64,000 bases of DNA, from NCBI GenBank assembly GCA_028286525.1, contig JAQBRL010000020.1, positions 7,444 to 71,443 on the forward strand, read 5' to 3'. This DNA is from Parcubacteria group bacterium. Its GTDB lineage: Bacteria; Patescibacteriota; Minisyncoccia; Phycocordibacterales; Phycocordibacteraceae. Below are positions 19,140 through 29,240 of the stretch, one piece after another. A program made the position numbers and the translations under genes. Positions within the stretch are counted from its first letter, which is position 1. Each line of letters begins with the position of its first letter. The notes under the pieces were generated by a model. That model was not told where the DNA came from. It ran no database searches and saw nothing but the letters and a program-made list of their open reading frames with translations.

Positions 19140-19754
19140 ATGAAACTAGGACCTAAATACAAGCTTGCAAAGCGCCTCGGAGCAACCATCTTCGAGAAGA
19201 CCCAGACCCAGAAATTCGCGCTTGCGCAGGAGCGTTCGGCGATGAATAAGAAGGGTAGCCGCGGACGCGGACCGACCGAGTACGGCAAGCAGCTCCTCGA
19301 GAAGCAGAAGGTGCGCATCACCTACGGCCTCTCGGAAAGCCAGTTCAGCACGTACGTGGCGAACGCCATGGGCGCGCACGGAGCGAATCCTGCGGAACTC
19401 CTTCATCAAAGTCTCGAGATGCGTCTGGATAATATCGTGTATCGCCTCGGACTCGCGAGCACCCGTCGCTTCGCCCGCCAGATGGTCTCCCACGGCCACA
19501 TCACGGTCAACGGCACGAAGACCACCATCCCTTCGCAAGCGATAAAGATAGGCGACGTCATCGCGGTCCGCGAGGGCTCGAAGTCCCGCGTGCTGTTCGA
19601 GAACTTCGCGGAGAAGTTCGCCGAGCGCCCGCTCCCGTCGTGGCTCCTGTGGGATCCGAAGGCCATGAGCGGGGGCGTGCAACAGCTTCCGACTAGGGAC
19701 TCGGCGGACGCCGCGGGAGATCTGGCGACCGTGTTCTCGTTCTACAGCCGTTAG
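19140..19754 (+). CDS. rpsD: Ribosomal protein S4
   Basis: An S4 N-terminus and S4 RNA-binding domain are present. Confidence 0.95.
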   Translation: MKLGPKYKLAKRLGATIFEKTQTQKFALAQERSAMNKKGSRGRGPTEYGKQLLEKQKVRITYGLSESQFSTYVANAMGAHGANPAELLHQSLEMRLDNIVYRLGLASTRRFARQMVSHGHITVNGTKTTIPSQAIKIGDVIAVREGSKSRVLFENFAEKFAERPLPSWLLWDPKAMSGGVQQLPTRDSADAAGDLATVFSFYSR

Positions 19755-19799
19755 TTCTCGTTCTGATTTATTAATTCGTTAGGTAATTACGATTGAGTT

Positions 19800-20753
19800 A
19801 TGGAATACCACATCACGCTTCCTTCTAAGCCCCGCGTCGTCTCCGAAGAGGGACTTCAGGGCATTTATGAGATCGACTCCCTCTATCCGGGATACGGTCA
19901 TACCCTCGGCAACTCGCTTCGCCGCATTATCCTTTCCTCGCTTACGGGCGCGGCAGTGACCTCCGTCAAGATAGACGGGGTCCAGCACGAGTTCGCCACC
20001 ATCGACGGCGTGCACGAGTCGGTCATGGAGATACTGCTCAACCTCAAGCGCGTGCACTTCGCACTTCATGGGGACGAGCCGCAGACTATCCGCATTTCAG
20101 CTAAGGGGCCTAAGGCCATCACCGCTGCGGACATCAATATGCCGAGCCAGGTTTCCATTACGAACCCCGACCAGCACATCGCTGACCTCGCGGGGAAAGT
20201 ATCGCTCGAGCTCGAAGCGACCATCGAACGCGGTCTCGGCTACGTCGCCCGCGAAGTCCTTACCAAGGAGAAGGTGGACATCGGCACCATCGCGCTGGAC
20301 GCCACCTTTACCCCTATCCGCCGCGTGAACTACGAGGTGGAGAACATGCGTGTCGGCGACCGCACGGACTTCAACCGCCTGCGCATCCTCATCGAGACCA
20401 ACGGCACGCTCACGCCTCGTGAAGCGCTCGAGAACTCGATCGAGATAATGATCCACCAGCTCAAGTCCATCGTCGGCTTCCAGGACAGCGACGAGACGAC
20501 GGAGGGCGAATTCGCGAGCGATTCTTCCGCAGCTTCCACGGGAGGCAAGGACGCCGCGAAGGTGAAGATCGACGAGCTCGGCCTGTCCGCGCGCGTCGCG
20601 ACCGCGCTTGCCGAAGGCGGCATCAAGACGGCTGCTGGCCTCGCCCGCAAGACCCCGAGCGCTCTCAAGGAGCTCGATGGCGTCGGCGACAAGGCCGTCG
20701 GCGAGATAGAGGCAGCGCTTGCTGGCCTCGGCCTCACCCTCAAGGGAGAGTAA
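19800..20753 (+). CDS. rpoA: DNA-directed RNA polymerase alpha subunit
   Basis: Alpha N-terminal-domain motifs and a C-terminal HhH tail are present. Confidence 0.95.
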   Translation: MEYHITLPSKPRVVSEEGLQGIYEIDSLYPGYGHTLGNSLRRIILSSLTGAAVTSVKIDGVQHEFATIDGVHESVMEILLNLKRVHFALHGDEPQTIRISAKGPKAITAADINMPSQVSITNPDQHIADLAGKVSLELEATIERGLGYVAREVLTKEKVDIGTIALDATFTPIRRVNYEVENMRVGDRTDFNRLRILIETNGTLTPREALENSIEIMIHQLKSIVGFQDSDETTEGEFASDSSAASTGGKDAAKVKIDELGLSARVATALAEGGIKTAAGLARKTPSALKELDGVGDKAVGEIEAALAGLGLTLKGE

Positions 20754-20797
20754 TAATTGAGGAAATACGCGACTCGTGATAGGGTACTGAAACTAAT

Positions 20798-21151
20798 ATG
20801 CGACACAGCCACAAAGGACGATCATTCGGACGTGACCATGACCAGCGCACGGCTCTTCTGCGTGGCCTGATGAAGTCGCTTATCATCCACGAGCGTATTT
20901 CCACCACGGAAGCGAAAGCTAAGGAGCTTCGTCCGCTCATCGAGAAGCTCGTGACGACATCCCGCAAGAACACGGTGGCCAATCGCCGCCTCGTAGCAGC
21001 GCGACTCGGCAACGACGACGAGGTCGTGAAGAAGCTCTTCTCGGCTATCGCGCCGCGCTACATGGATCGCGCTGGTGGGTACACCCGCATCACGAAGCGT
21101 CAGTCCACCGCGACCGACGGCCGCAAGACCGCGTACATTTCCTTCGTATAG
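20798..21151 (+). CDS. rplQ: Ribosomal protein L17
   Basis: MRHSHKGRSFGRDHDQRTALLRGL is the L17 signature. Confidence 0.95.
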   Translation: MRHSHKGRSFGRDHDQRTALLRGLMKSLIIHERISTTEAKAKELRPLIEKLVTTSRKNTVANRRLVAARLGNDDEVVKKLFSAIAPRYMDRAGGYTRITKRQSTATDGRKTAYISFV

Positions 21152-21155
21152 CTAT

Positions 21156-21557
21156 ATGGCAGTCAAAACGATAAAGACGAATAAGGGCGGACCGGTGCAG
21201 CCTGGCGAGCACAAGATGTACATCATCGACGCGACAGGGAAATCCCTCGGCCGCGTAGCGAGCGAAGCTGCGTCCATCATTCTCGGAAAGAAGTCGGTGA
21301 ACTACGTTCAGAACGAGGTGCTTCCGGTGGAAGTGACCATTGAGAACGCAGGCGCCCTGAAGATGACCGAGAAGCGCATCGCCATGAAGGAGTACTACAG
21401 CTACACCGGCTACCCCGGAGGCCTTCGTACGCAGAGCATGCAGATGATGATCGATAAGAAGGGCATTTCCGAGGTCCTATACACCGCCGTGGATGGCATG
21501 ATCCCTCGCAACAAGCTCCGCAAGGAACGCATGAAGCGTCTTACTATAAAAGATTAA
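21156..21557 (+). CDS. rplM: Ribosomal protein L13
   Basis: The L13 sequence is present; the start was chosen at MAVKTIKT. Confidence 0.9.
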   Translation: MAVKTIKTNKGGPVQPGEHKMYIIDATGKSLGRVASEAASIILGKKSVNYVQNEVLPVEVTIENAGALKMTEKRIAMKEYYSYTGYPGGLRTQSMQMMIDKKGISEVLYTAVDGMIPRNKLRKERMKRLTIKD

Positions 21558-21559
21558 CT

Positions 21560-21970
21560 ATGGCCGATACCCCTCGTTACACCACGGCCGTAGGCCGCCG
21601 CAAGACCGCAAGCGCACGCGTGAAGGTCACGCCTGCAGCTAAGAACACCATTCTCGTGAATGGCATGTCGGCGCTTGAGTACTTCGGCACCGCAACCCGA
21701 GATTCCATCACCATGGACGTCTTCAAGGCACTCGAGACCAAGCAGAACTACGAGGTCGTGGCTCGCGTGCAAGGAGGCGGCAAGAACGCCCAGGCCGAAG
21801 CCGTACGCCACGCCATGGCCCGCGCGCTCCTCTCTGTGGATGCCGAAGGTCCTGACGCTCGCTCGACCCTCAAGAAAGCAGGATATCTCAAGCGTGATCC
21901 ACGCCACGTGGAGCGCAAGAAGCCAGGTCTTCGGAAGGCTCGTAAGGCCCCGCAGTGGTCCAAACGTTAG
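21560..21970 (+). CDS. rpsI: Ribosomal protein S9
   Basis: The S9 C-terminus ...PGLRKARKAPQWSKR is present. Confidence 0.95.
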   Translation: MADTPRYTTAVGRRKTASARVKVTPAAKNTILVNGMSALEYFGTATRDSITMDVFKALETKQNYEVVARVQGGGKNAQAEAVRHAMARALLSVDAEGPDARSTLKKAGYLKRDPRHVERKKPGLRKARKAPQWSKR

Positions 21971-21976
21971 AGACCG

Positions 21977-22010
21977 CAACCAAAAAACGCCTTCGGGCGT
22001 TTTTTGGTTG
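21977..22010. terminator. Strong, probably bidirectional rho-independent terminator
   Basis: A 15-bp perfect stem (caaccaaaaaacgcc/ggcgttttttggttg) has a ttcg loop and an A-run/T-run on either side. Confidence 0.75.
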
Positions 22011-22047
22011 TAAGGAATCTTCACCCTCGAACGTCTATACAGTATCT

Positions 22048-22521
22048 ATGTGGAAACGGTATTTGATCGTGCTGCTTGCTTTTGTCATCGCTTCGGGAGC
22101 CGCGTACGAATATTACTGGTATCAGCGCGAGCATTCGTCGCTTTCCGACCACGCGCAGGTCCGCATGACCGTGAGCAATCTCGGAGATGTGCTTCAGCAG
22201 GTACCGCTCATAGCGCCCCCTGACATCGTCGCGTTCGCGATGAATAAGTATTACGCGCTCTATGTGCGCCCTGACCTTCTTGCCCAGTGGGAAGCCGACC
22301 CGCTCCATGCTCCCGGCCGCCTTACTTCGAGCCCCTGGCCCGATCGCATCGATACGACGAGCGCGACCAAGAATAAGGACGGTACCTATACGGTGGACGC
22401 TACTATCGTTGAACTCGCCAATGGCGCGCAGGGCCCTCAAACCGCCGACACCATTCATGCACGCTTTACGCTTTCCAAAGGCCCTGACGGCTGGCAGATA
22501 ACGCATTACGAGAAGCTATAG
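22048..22521 (+). CDS. Hypothetical signal-anchored protein
   Basis: An N-terminal TM helix is present; no family was recognised. Confidence 0.5.
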   Translation: MWKRYLIVLLAFVIASGAAYEYYWYQREHSSLSDHAQVRMTVSNLGDVLQQVPLIAPPDIVAFAMNKYYALYVRPDLLAQWEADPLHAPGRLTSSPWPDRIDTTSATKNKDGTYTVDATIVELANGAQGPQTADTIHARFTLSKGPDGWQITHYEKL

Positions 22522-22569
22522 GGCGTTAATCATTCGTTCAGAGGACGAATGACATGATAGCGCGACCAT

Positions 22570-23601
22570 ATGAGGATCGCGCAGATCGCCCCCATCATCG
22601 AACGCGTGCCTCCGACAAAATACGGAGGCACCGAGCGTGTCGTGCATGCGCTTACCGAAGAGCTGGTGCAGCGCGGGCACGAGGTTACGTTGTTCGCGAC
22701 CGGAGACTCCCTCACCTCGGCCACGCTCTCCTCCATCTATCCGACGGCGCTCCGGGAATCGAAGATGAAGGACCTGTACGGCTCGAACGTTTGGAGTCTG
22801 TTCAACCTCGGCAAAGCGTACGAGCGCGCGGAAGAGTTCGATATCATCCATGACCACAATGGCTACTTGGGCTTGCCAGCCGCTAATATTTCGAAGACGC
22901 CGGTCGTCATGACCTGTCACGGCCCCTTTACCCCCGAGAACCGGCATATCTACCGCGAGCTGCGCCATCCGCACCTGGTCACCATTTCGGACTCGCAGGC
23001 GACGGTACCGGGGCTCAATTATGCCGGCACGGTCTACAACGGCCTTGATCTCGAGCCGTATCCGTTCTCGGAGGACCAGGACGGGTACCTGCTTTTCGTC
23101 GGGCGGATATCGCGCGAAAAAGGCCTCCATATCGCTATAGAAGTAGCGCTCAACGTGAATATGCCGCTCATCATCGCCGCAAAGCTCGACGAGACGGATC
23201 GCAATTATTTTACCCAATACGTCGAGCCGTACCTTTCCGAGAAGATACGATGGATAGGGGAAGTGGACGAAGTGGAGCGCAATCAGCTCATGAGCAGGGC
23301 ATTCTGCCTCGTCCATGCAGCAACGTGGCGCGAGCCGTTCGGTCTCACGCTTATCGAGGCGATGGCCTGCGGCGCTCCCGTGCTGGGCACGAATATGGGC
23401 TCCATACCGGAGCTCGTCGAGCATGGGAAGACCGGCTTCGTCGTTAACTCGGTCGAGGAGATGATCGATGCCGTGTTCCAGGTAGAGAAACTCGATAGGC
23501 GTGATTGCCGAGCGCATGTCCTCGGACGATTCTCGGCCGCGCATATGACCGATGGATACGAAGAGGTGTATAGAAAAGCGATCGCTGCGAACCAGCTATA
23601 G
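22570..23601 (+). CDS. Glycosyltransferase family 4
   Basis: A GT-B fold with the EPFGLTLIEAMACGAPV motif is present. Confidence 0.8.
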   Translation: MRIAQIAPIIERVPPTKYGGTERVVHALTEELVQRGHEVTLFATGDSLTSATLSSIYPTALRESKMKDLYGSNVWSLFNLGKAYERAEEFDIIHDHNGYLGLPAANISKTPVVMTCHGPFTPENRHIYRELRHPHLVTISDSQATVPGLNYAGTVYNGLDLEPYPFSEDQDGYLLFVGRISREKGLHIAIEVALNVNMPLIIAAKLDETDRNYFTQYVEPYLSEKIRWIGEVDEVERNQLMSRAFCLVHAATWREPFGLTLIEAMACGAPVLGTNMGSIPELVEHGKTGFVVNSVEEMIDAVFQVEKLDRRDCRAHVLGRFSAAHMTDGYEEVYRKAIAANQL

Positions 23602-24834
23602 CTCCGCGAGCATGGACGCGGCGCTCCAGGCCTGCTTCATGCAGGCGCGCTGGCCGGTTTCAGACACATATTCCGCGAAGCCTTCCTCTGTGGTGTAAAC
23701 AAAAAGCTCGATGGGTGTCTTGAAATGATCCCATGAATGATGCAGGGCCTCGCCAAGCGCCTGCGCCTCCAGGGTATAGCCGAACCTGCGCAGTCCCTCC
23801 GCGACGATAGCGGTGTCATGCGGCCAGATGGAGCCGTTGTGGTAGCTGTTCGGGTCGTACTTGCTCGAGCGCTTGGAAAGGGTGCGGATGCCGGCGTTCG
23901 GCTCGAACAGTTCCGGCGACATGAGAAGGTTCACCAGCTTCGGGATATGCTTCTTCTCGAGAATGGAGTCGGTCTCATGCGCAGCCCAGAGAATGTGGCC
24001 CACGGAAGAGCGGAGCGACGTCAGTCGCGCGCCATCGCCATCGAGCGCGAACGCGATACCGAACTCCGGAGCTTCGGTCACGAAATGCCGATTGAAGCGT
24101 TCCTTCAGTTCGACTGCTTCGCTCTCGATGCTCCAGAGCTTAAGCGCGAGATATGCATAGGCCTGAGCCTCTACGGGCGCTATGGGGTAGGGCGTGGGCG
24201 AGCCATCCTCGTGGAATACGGATTCGCTGCTGTCCATCCAGCTCTGGGTGGCGAGTCCGCCGTGCGTGCGCTCCGGATGGACGCGGTAGGTGAGGAAGCC
24301 GCGTGCATCCGCCTTGATGCTCCCCCGCACCCACGAAAGCGCAGCTTCGATGTTCGGTGCGATGCGCTCCTTGAAGTCCTCGTCCGCGCTCAGGGTCCAA
24401 TAGCGCGCGACCGCGATAAGGAACAACGGCGTGCTGTCCACGCTGTCGTAGATGCGCATCGTACCGTCCGGATAGACGTACCACGGGCGAGCATGATGCT
24501 GCGTCAGGTGCGCATGATTATCCTCGCGGTATTCGTGGATTATCTTGCCCGGCTCCTCGCCGCTTTCGATATTGACTGTAGTGCCCTGAAGCTCGACCAG
24601 GCTCATGAGTATTTTCTTCACGAGCGCGAGCAAGTACGGGTCAGGCGTGCGCTCGTGCGCGGAGAGAAGCTTCAGCGCCGTAATAAGCGAGTCGCGGCCG
24701 AATATGCATCCGTATATCTCCTCTTTACCGGACGCGAGAATGCCTCGAGCGGTCTCGAGCTCTTCGATGGTAGCGCGACCCAGTGTGCGGAGTGCGTCGT
24801 TCATATCTATGTAGACGAGTGTAGTCGACTTCAT
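23596..24834 (-). CDS. Glycogen-debranching-enzyme-like (amylo-alpha-1,6-glucosidase family) six-hairpin glycosidase
   Basis: It has GDE_C-like residues (GSIWPHD, YHNG, GYTLEA) and converges on the GT4 gene with a 6-nt overlap. Confidence 0.65.
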   Translation of the reverse strand: MKSTTLVYIDMNDALRTLGRATIEELETARGILASGKEEIYGCIFGRDSLITALKLLSAHERTPDPYLLALVKKILMSLVELQGTTVNIESGEEPGKIIHEYREDNHAHLTQHHARPWYVYPDGTMRIYDSVDSTPLFLIAVARYWTLSADEDFKERIAPNIEAALSWVRGSIKADARGFLTYRVHPERTHGGLATQSWMDSSESVFHEDGSPTPYPIAPVEAQAYAYLALKLWSIESEAVELKERFNRHFVTEAPEFGIAFALDGDGARLTSLRSSVGHILWAAHETDSILEKKHIPKLVNLLMSPELFEPNAGIRTLSKRSSKYDPNSYHNGSIWPHDTAIVAEGLRRFGYTLEAQALGEALHHSWDHFKTPIELFVYTTEEGFAEYVSETGQRACMKQAWSAASMLAEL

Positions 24835-24909
24835 CTTTCGCGGATAGAGCGATGTCGTGAGCGCTTCATTTTTTGACTAGCTTCATAAATTCAGGCATAT
24901 TCTAGATAT

Positions 24910-25461
24910 ATGCGGGATGAAGACGTGACCATAGAAACCGACGGCTCGGAAGAGCCAGGGGCAAGCGAGGAAGAGCTCGAAGCGGTCGAAAGCCGAGTGG
25001 ATTCGAAGGTGGCAAAGCTGAAAGCCGAGCTCGAGCACGCCAAGAAGGAAAAGCAGGAGTATCTCGACGGCTGGCAGCGCGCCAAGGCCGACTATGTGAA
25101 CGCTCTGAAACGCTTCGAAGAGGACAAACGCTCTGCGATCGCGCTCGGTCAAACCAAAGCGGTACTTCTCTTCATGCCCGCGCTCGATTCGCTCGCACGC
25201 GCGCGCCAAAGCGGCGAGGCTATGCCAGCGGGCTTCGAAGCTATCGCCAAGCAGCTGGAGGAAGCGGGAAAAGCCATCGGGCTCACGCCTATCGGCATCG
25301 TGGGCGAAAAGTTCGACCCGAACCTGCATGAGGCGCTCGGCCAGGATGCAGCAGCTTCAATGGAAGACGATGACACCGTCACCGCCATTCTCGAGCCAGG
25401 CTGGAAGGCGGGAGAAGCTGTTATCCGACCAGCGAAGGTACGCGTCGGACATTTCGAGTGA
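24910..25461 (+). CDS. grpE: Nucleotide exchange factor GrpE
   Basis: An acidic N-terminus, a coiled coil and the GrpE C-terminal beta domain (GWKAGEAVIRPAKVRV) are present. Confidence 0.9.
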   Translation: MRDEDVTIETDGSEEPGASEEELEAVESRVDSKVAKLKAELEHAKKEKQEYLDGWQRAKADYVNALKRFEEDKRSAIALGQTKAVLLFMPALDSLARARQSGEAMPAGFEAIAKQLEEAGKAIGLTPIGIVGEKFDPNLHEALGQDAAASMEDDDTVTAILEPGWKAGEAVIRPAKVRVGHFE

Positions 25462-25476
25462 TAAGCTAGCTCGTAT

Positions 25477-26115
25477 ATGGAAAATGCACCTGACCGGATA
25501 CACGAAGGAGACCGCGGCGCTCAGGCGCTCGACGGAACGTTCGAGAAACTCTATGGCCGCGCACCTGACGGTACCTTTCGTGGCCTTATACCGGATAGCA
25601 ATCTCGATCAAGTGGTCTACTATCACGACGAGACTGGAAAGCCCCATTGGCACTTCATTTCATACGGTTTCAGCCAGTTAGGCGGGCAGCCGCAGGACGA
25701 AGCGGCACCCAGTGACGAGGAAAGCGGTTCCGGTTACGAAGTTACCTTCCGTATCCCACGTACTGATGAGGCAACGGCACCTCAATGGGTAGATCGCGCC
25801 TACAACGACTTCGCGAATTACTCCTTCGAGAATCAAATCGCCTTTCGTCCGTATGACTATGTCGACTACGACTTCGATACGGGAAAGGAGCACGGCTATG
25901 CCGGCTTCATGTTCGTGCAGGATTCACGTCTCAAGGAAATAGAGACGCCCAATGGTACGGTCGCATTCCTACAGGTGGTCCCCGTAAGCGCAGAGCAGCT
26001 CAATACGCTCAAGGTAGCGGAGCCGGATACGCAAGCCTACACGGCTGCAGCCAAGCGCATAATAGAAGAGCTCAAGAGCACTGAGACAGATCTCCTCATC
26101 GCCAACTTTTCATAG
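25477..26115 (+). CDS. SUFU (suppressor-of-fused)-like domain protein
   Basis: HWHFISYGFSQLGG, YEVTFRIPR and AFLQVVPVSAEQL match the SUFU-family HWHY(I/V)SFGLS, (F/Y)E(L/V)TFR(L/I) and FLQIVGV blocks. Confidence 0.7.
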   Translation: MENAPDRIHEGDRGAQALDGTFEKLYGRAPDGTFRGLIPDSNLDQVVYYHDETGKPHWHFISYGFSQLGGQPQDEAAPSDEESGSGYEVTFRIPRTDEATAPQWVDRAYNDFANYSFENQIAFRPYDYVDYDFDTGKEHGYAGFMFVQDSRLKEIETPNGTVAFLQVVPVSAEQLNTLKVAEPDTQAYTAAAKRIIEELKSTETDLLIANFS

Positions 26116-26118
26116 GAC

Positions 26119-26147
26119 TTGAACGCTTCATAATAGAGGCGTAAAAT
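26119..26147 (+). promoter_or_regulatory. Sigma70-like promoter for dnaK: TTGAAC, 17-nt spacer, TAAAAT
   Basis: The hexamers were read directly. The leader is about 55 nt and contains the near-palindrome CGCATTAG-N6-CTAATACG (26175..26196). Confidence 0.4.
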
Positions 26148-26204
26148 ACGAGTACTTGGGCTTTTTCGGGCGAACGCATTAGAAACCGCTAATACGCATT
26201 TCAT

Positions 26205-28109
<1,905 letters not shown>

Positions 28110-28163
28110 CGTACGCTCCTCAACAGCTCCTCGCTTGCCTTTGCGAGCGTCGTATCGCATTGT

Positions 28164-28490
28164 GTGCGAGGACCGAGGGAGGGCCGCATGAAGATAGAAG
28201 ATCGGATACTCCGAACCCTGCGTTTGAGCAATCAGGCGTCATGGCTCACCACGGCAGAGATCATTTCTGCCGCGAAGGGCCGCGATGGCCACGATATGCA
28301 GCTCTACCTGGTCATTGTGGAGCTCGGCAGGCTCGAAAGCCTTGATCTGGTCGAAAGCCGGAAACGTCCCCTTGACGATGAGCTGGAAGTCACCGAGTTC
28401 CATCTCGCCGAAGGCGGAGTAGAGCGTCGTGATTCCGGACCGACCACAGGTCCAGAACCGCATACGCTCAAGCAACGAGAGCTCGCGTAG
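28164..28490 (+). CDS. Hypothetical small winged-helix-like protein
   Basis: About 100 aa, with a predicted HTH-like segment (RILRTLRLSNQASWLTTAEIISAA); the true start may be M at 28188. Confidence 0.4.
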   Translation: MRGPREGRMKIEDRILRTLRLSNQASWLTTAEIISAAKGRDGHDMQLYLVIVELGRLESLDLVESRKRPLDDELEVTEFHLAEGGVERRDSGPTTGPEPHTLKQRELA

Positions 28491-28494
28491 GAAC

Positions 28495-28523
28495 GGGCGG
28501 CATGCGCAAGCAGCCGCCCTTTG
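28495..28523 (+). terminator. GC-rich hairpin (gggcggc ... gccgccc) followed by TTTGCC
   Basis: The stem was read directly. It lies after the wHTH ORF and before paralog 1. Confidence 0.45.
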
Positions 28524-28565
28524 CCTTATCTAAGCGAAAGGGTATAAAGCAGCTGGAGGTGAGCT

Positions 28566-28835
28566 ATGAAGCAACCAAAACCATTCAGTCTGAACGACGC
28601 CGTCACCTGGAAGGCCGCGAGGGATCAGAACTATCGGGTGCGGGAGTATGCACGAGCCTTCCGCACCCATGAAAAAGGTCCGTTCACCGTCGAAGCCCTC
28701 GTCATGCGGAATGTCTGGTGCCTGGTACTGAAAGACGCGAACGGAACGCTCTTCGACCCCGAGAAAACACCTGCGTTGTTGAGAACTCCGGCGTTGTTCC
28801 CCGCGTGCTGGTTCGAACGAGTGTATACGGAATGA
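28566..28835 (+). CDS. Small hypothetical protein, paralog 1 (D-VTW...GPFTVE family)
   Basis: It shares DxVTW-x22-GPFTVE with the ORF at 28912, and a GGAGG RBS sits 8 nt upstream. Confidence 0.45.
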   Translation: MKQPKPFSLNDAVTWKAARDQNYRVREYARAFRTHEKGPFTVEALVMRNVWCLVLKDANGTLFDPEKTPALLRTPALFPACWFERVYTE

Positions 28836-28859
28836 GGGCGGATGCGCACGCATCCGCCC
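28836..28859 (+). repeat. Near-perfect palindrome gggcggatgcgcacgcatccgccc (hairpin or terminator)
   Basis: An 11-bp stem was read directly. It closely resembles the hairpin at 63055..63080. Confidence 0.5.
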
Positions 28860-28911
28860 TTGACCTTTCTCGATGGGTGTATGCTTGACATAGGACAGGA
28901 GGGACGGAGCA

Positions 28912-29184
28912 GTGAAGATGTTTGAGATATTCAATAGAGGCGACCAGGTCACCTGGCGACCCGAGGATGAGTTGCCGGAAGTCATCAAGTCTAATTTGAC
29001 TGACAATGTCGCAGAGTTCGGACTCGGACCCTTTACCGTCGAACGAATCGAGAACGCCCGGAGCTTCGCTGGATTCAATCCGGCACATCCGCAACGTGTC
29101 ATGGTTTCGTTCGAAGGCAAGCTCATTCTCCATCAATTCAGCGGCATTTGTTTCGCGAAAGCGAACCTGGACGGGACGCACTAA
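28912..29184 (+). CDS. Small hypothetical protein, paralog 2
   Basis: GDQVTW...GLGPFTVERIE matches paralog 1, and an SD-like aggaggga lies upstream. Confidence 0.45.
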   Translation: MKMFEIFNRGDQVTWRPEDELPEVIKSNLTDNVAEFGLGPFTVERIENARSFAGFNPAHPQRVMVSFEGKLILHQFSGICFAKANLDGTH

Positions 29185-29203
29185 CGCGCCTCGTCCACCC
29201 TTT

Positions 29204-29232
29204 TTGATACGTTCCGGCATCAGGTATATACT
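29204..29232 (+). promoter_or_regulatory. Sigma70-like promoter for dnaJ: TTGATA, 17-nt spacer, TATACT, giving a leaderless or near-leaderless dnaJ mRNA
   Basis: The -10 ends 8 nt before the dnaJ ATG at 29241. Confidence 0.4.
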
Positions 29233-29240
29233 GCTGCTCT

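Noticed and set aside
22516-23544. 342-aa minus-strand ORF
   Set aside because: It is antisense to the GT4 glycosyltransferase.
23737-24876. 379-aa plus-strand ORF
   Set aside because: It overlaps the glycosidase-family gene on the minus strand, which has a conserved six-hairpin glycosidase sequence. The plus-strand frame is Arg-rich.
24835-26204. CIRCE/HrcA operator at grpE/dnaK
   Set aside because: There is no TTAGCACTC-N9-GAGTGCTAA-like inverted repeat upstream of grpE or dnaK.
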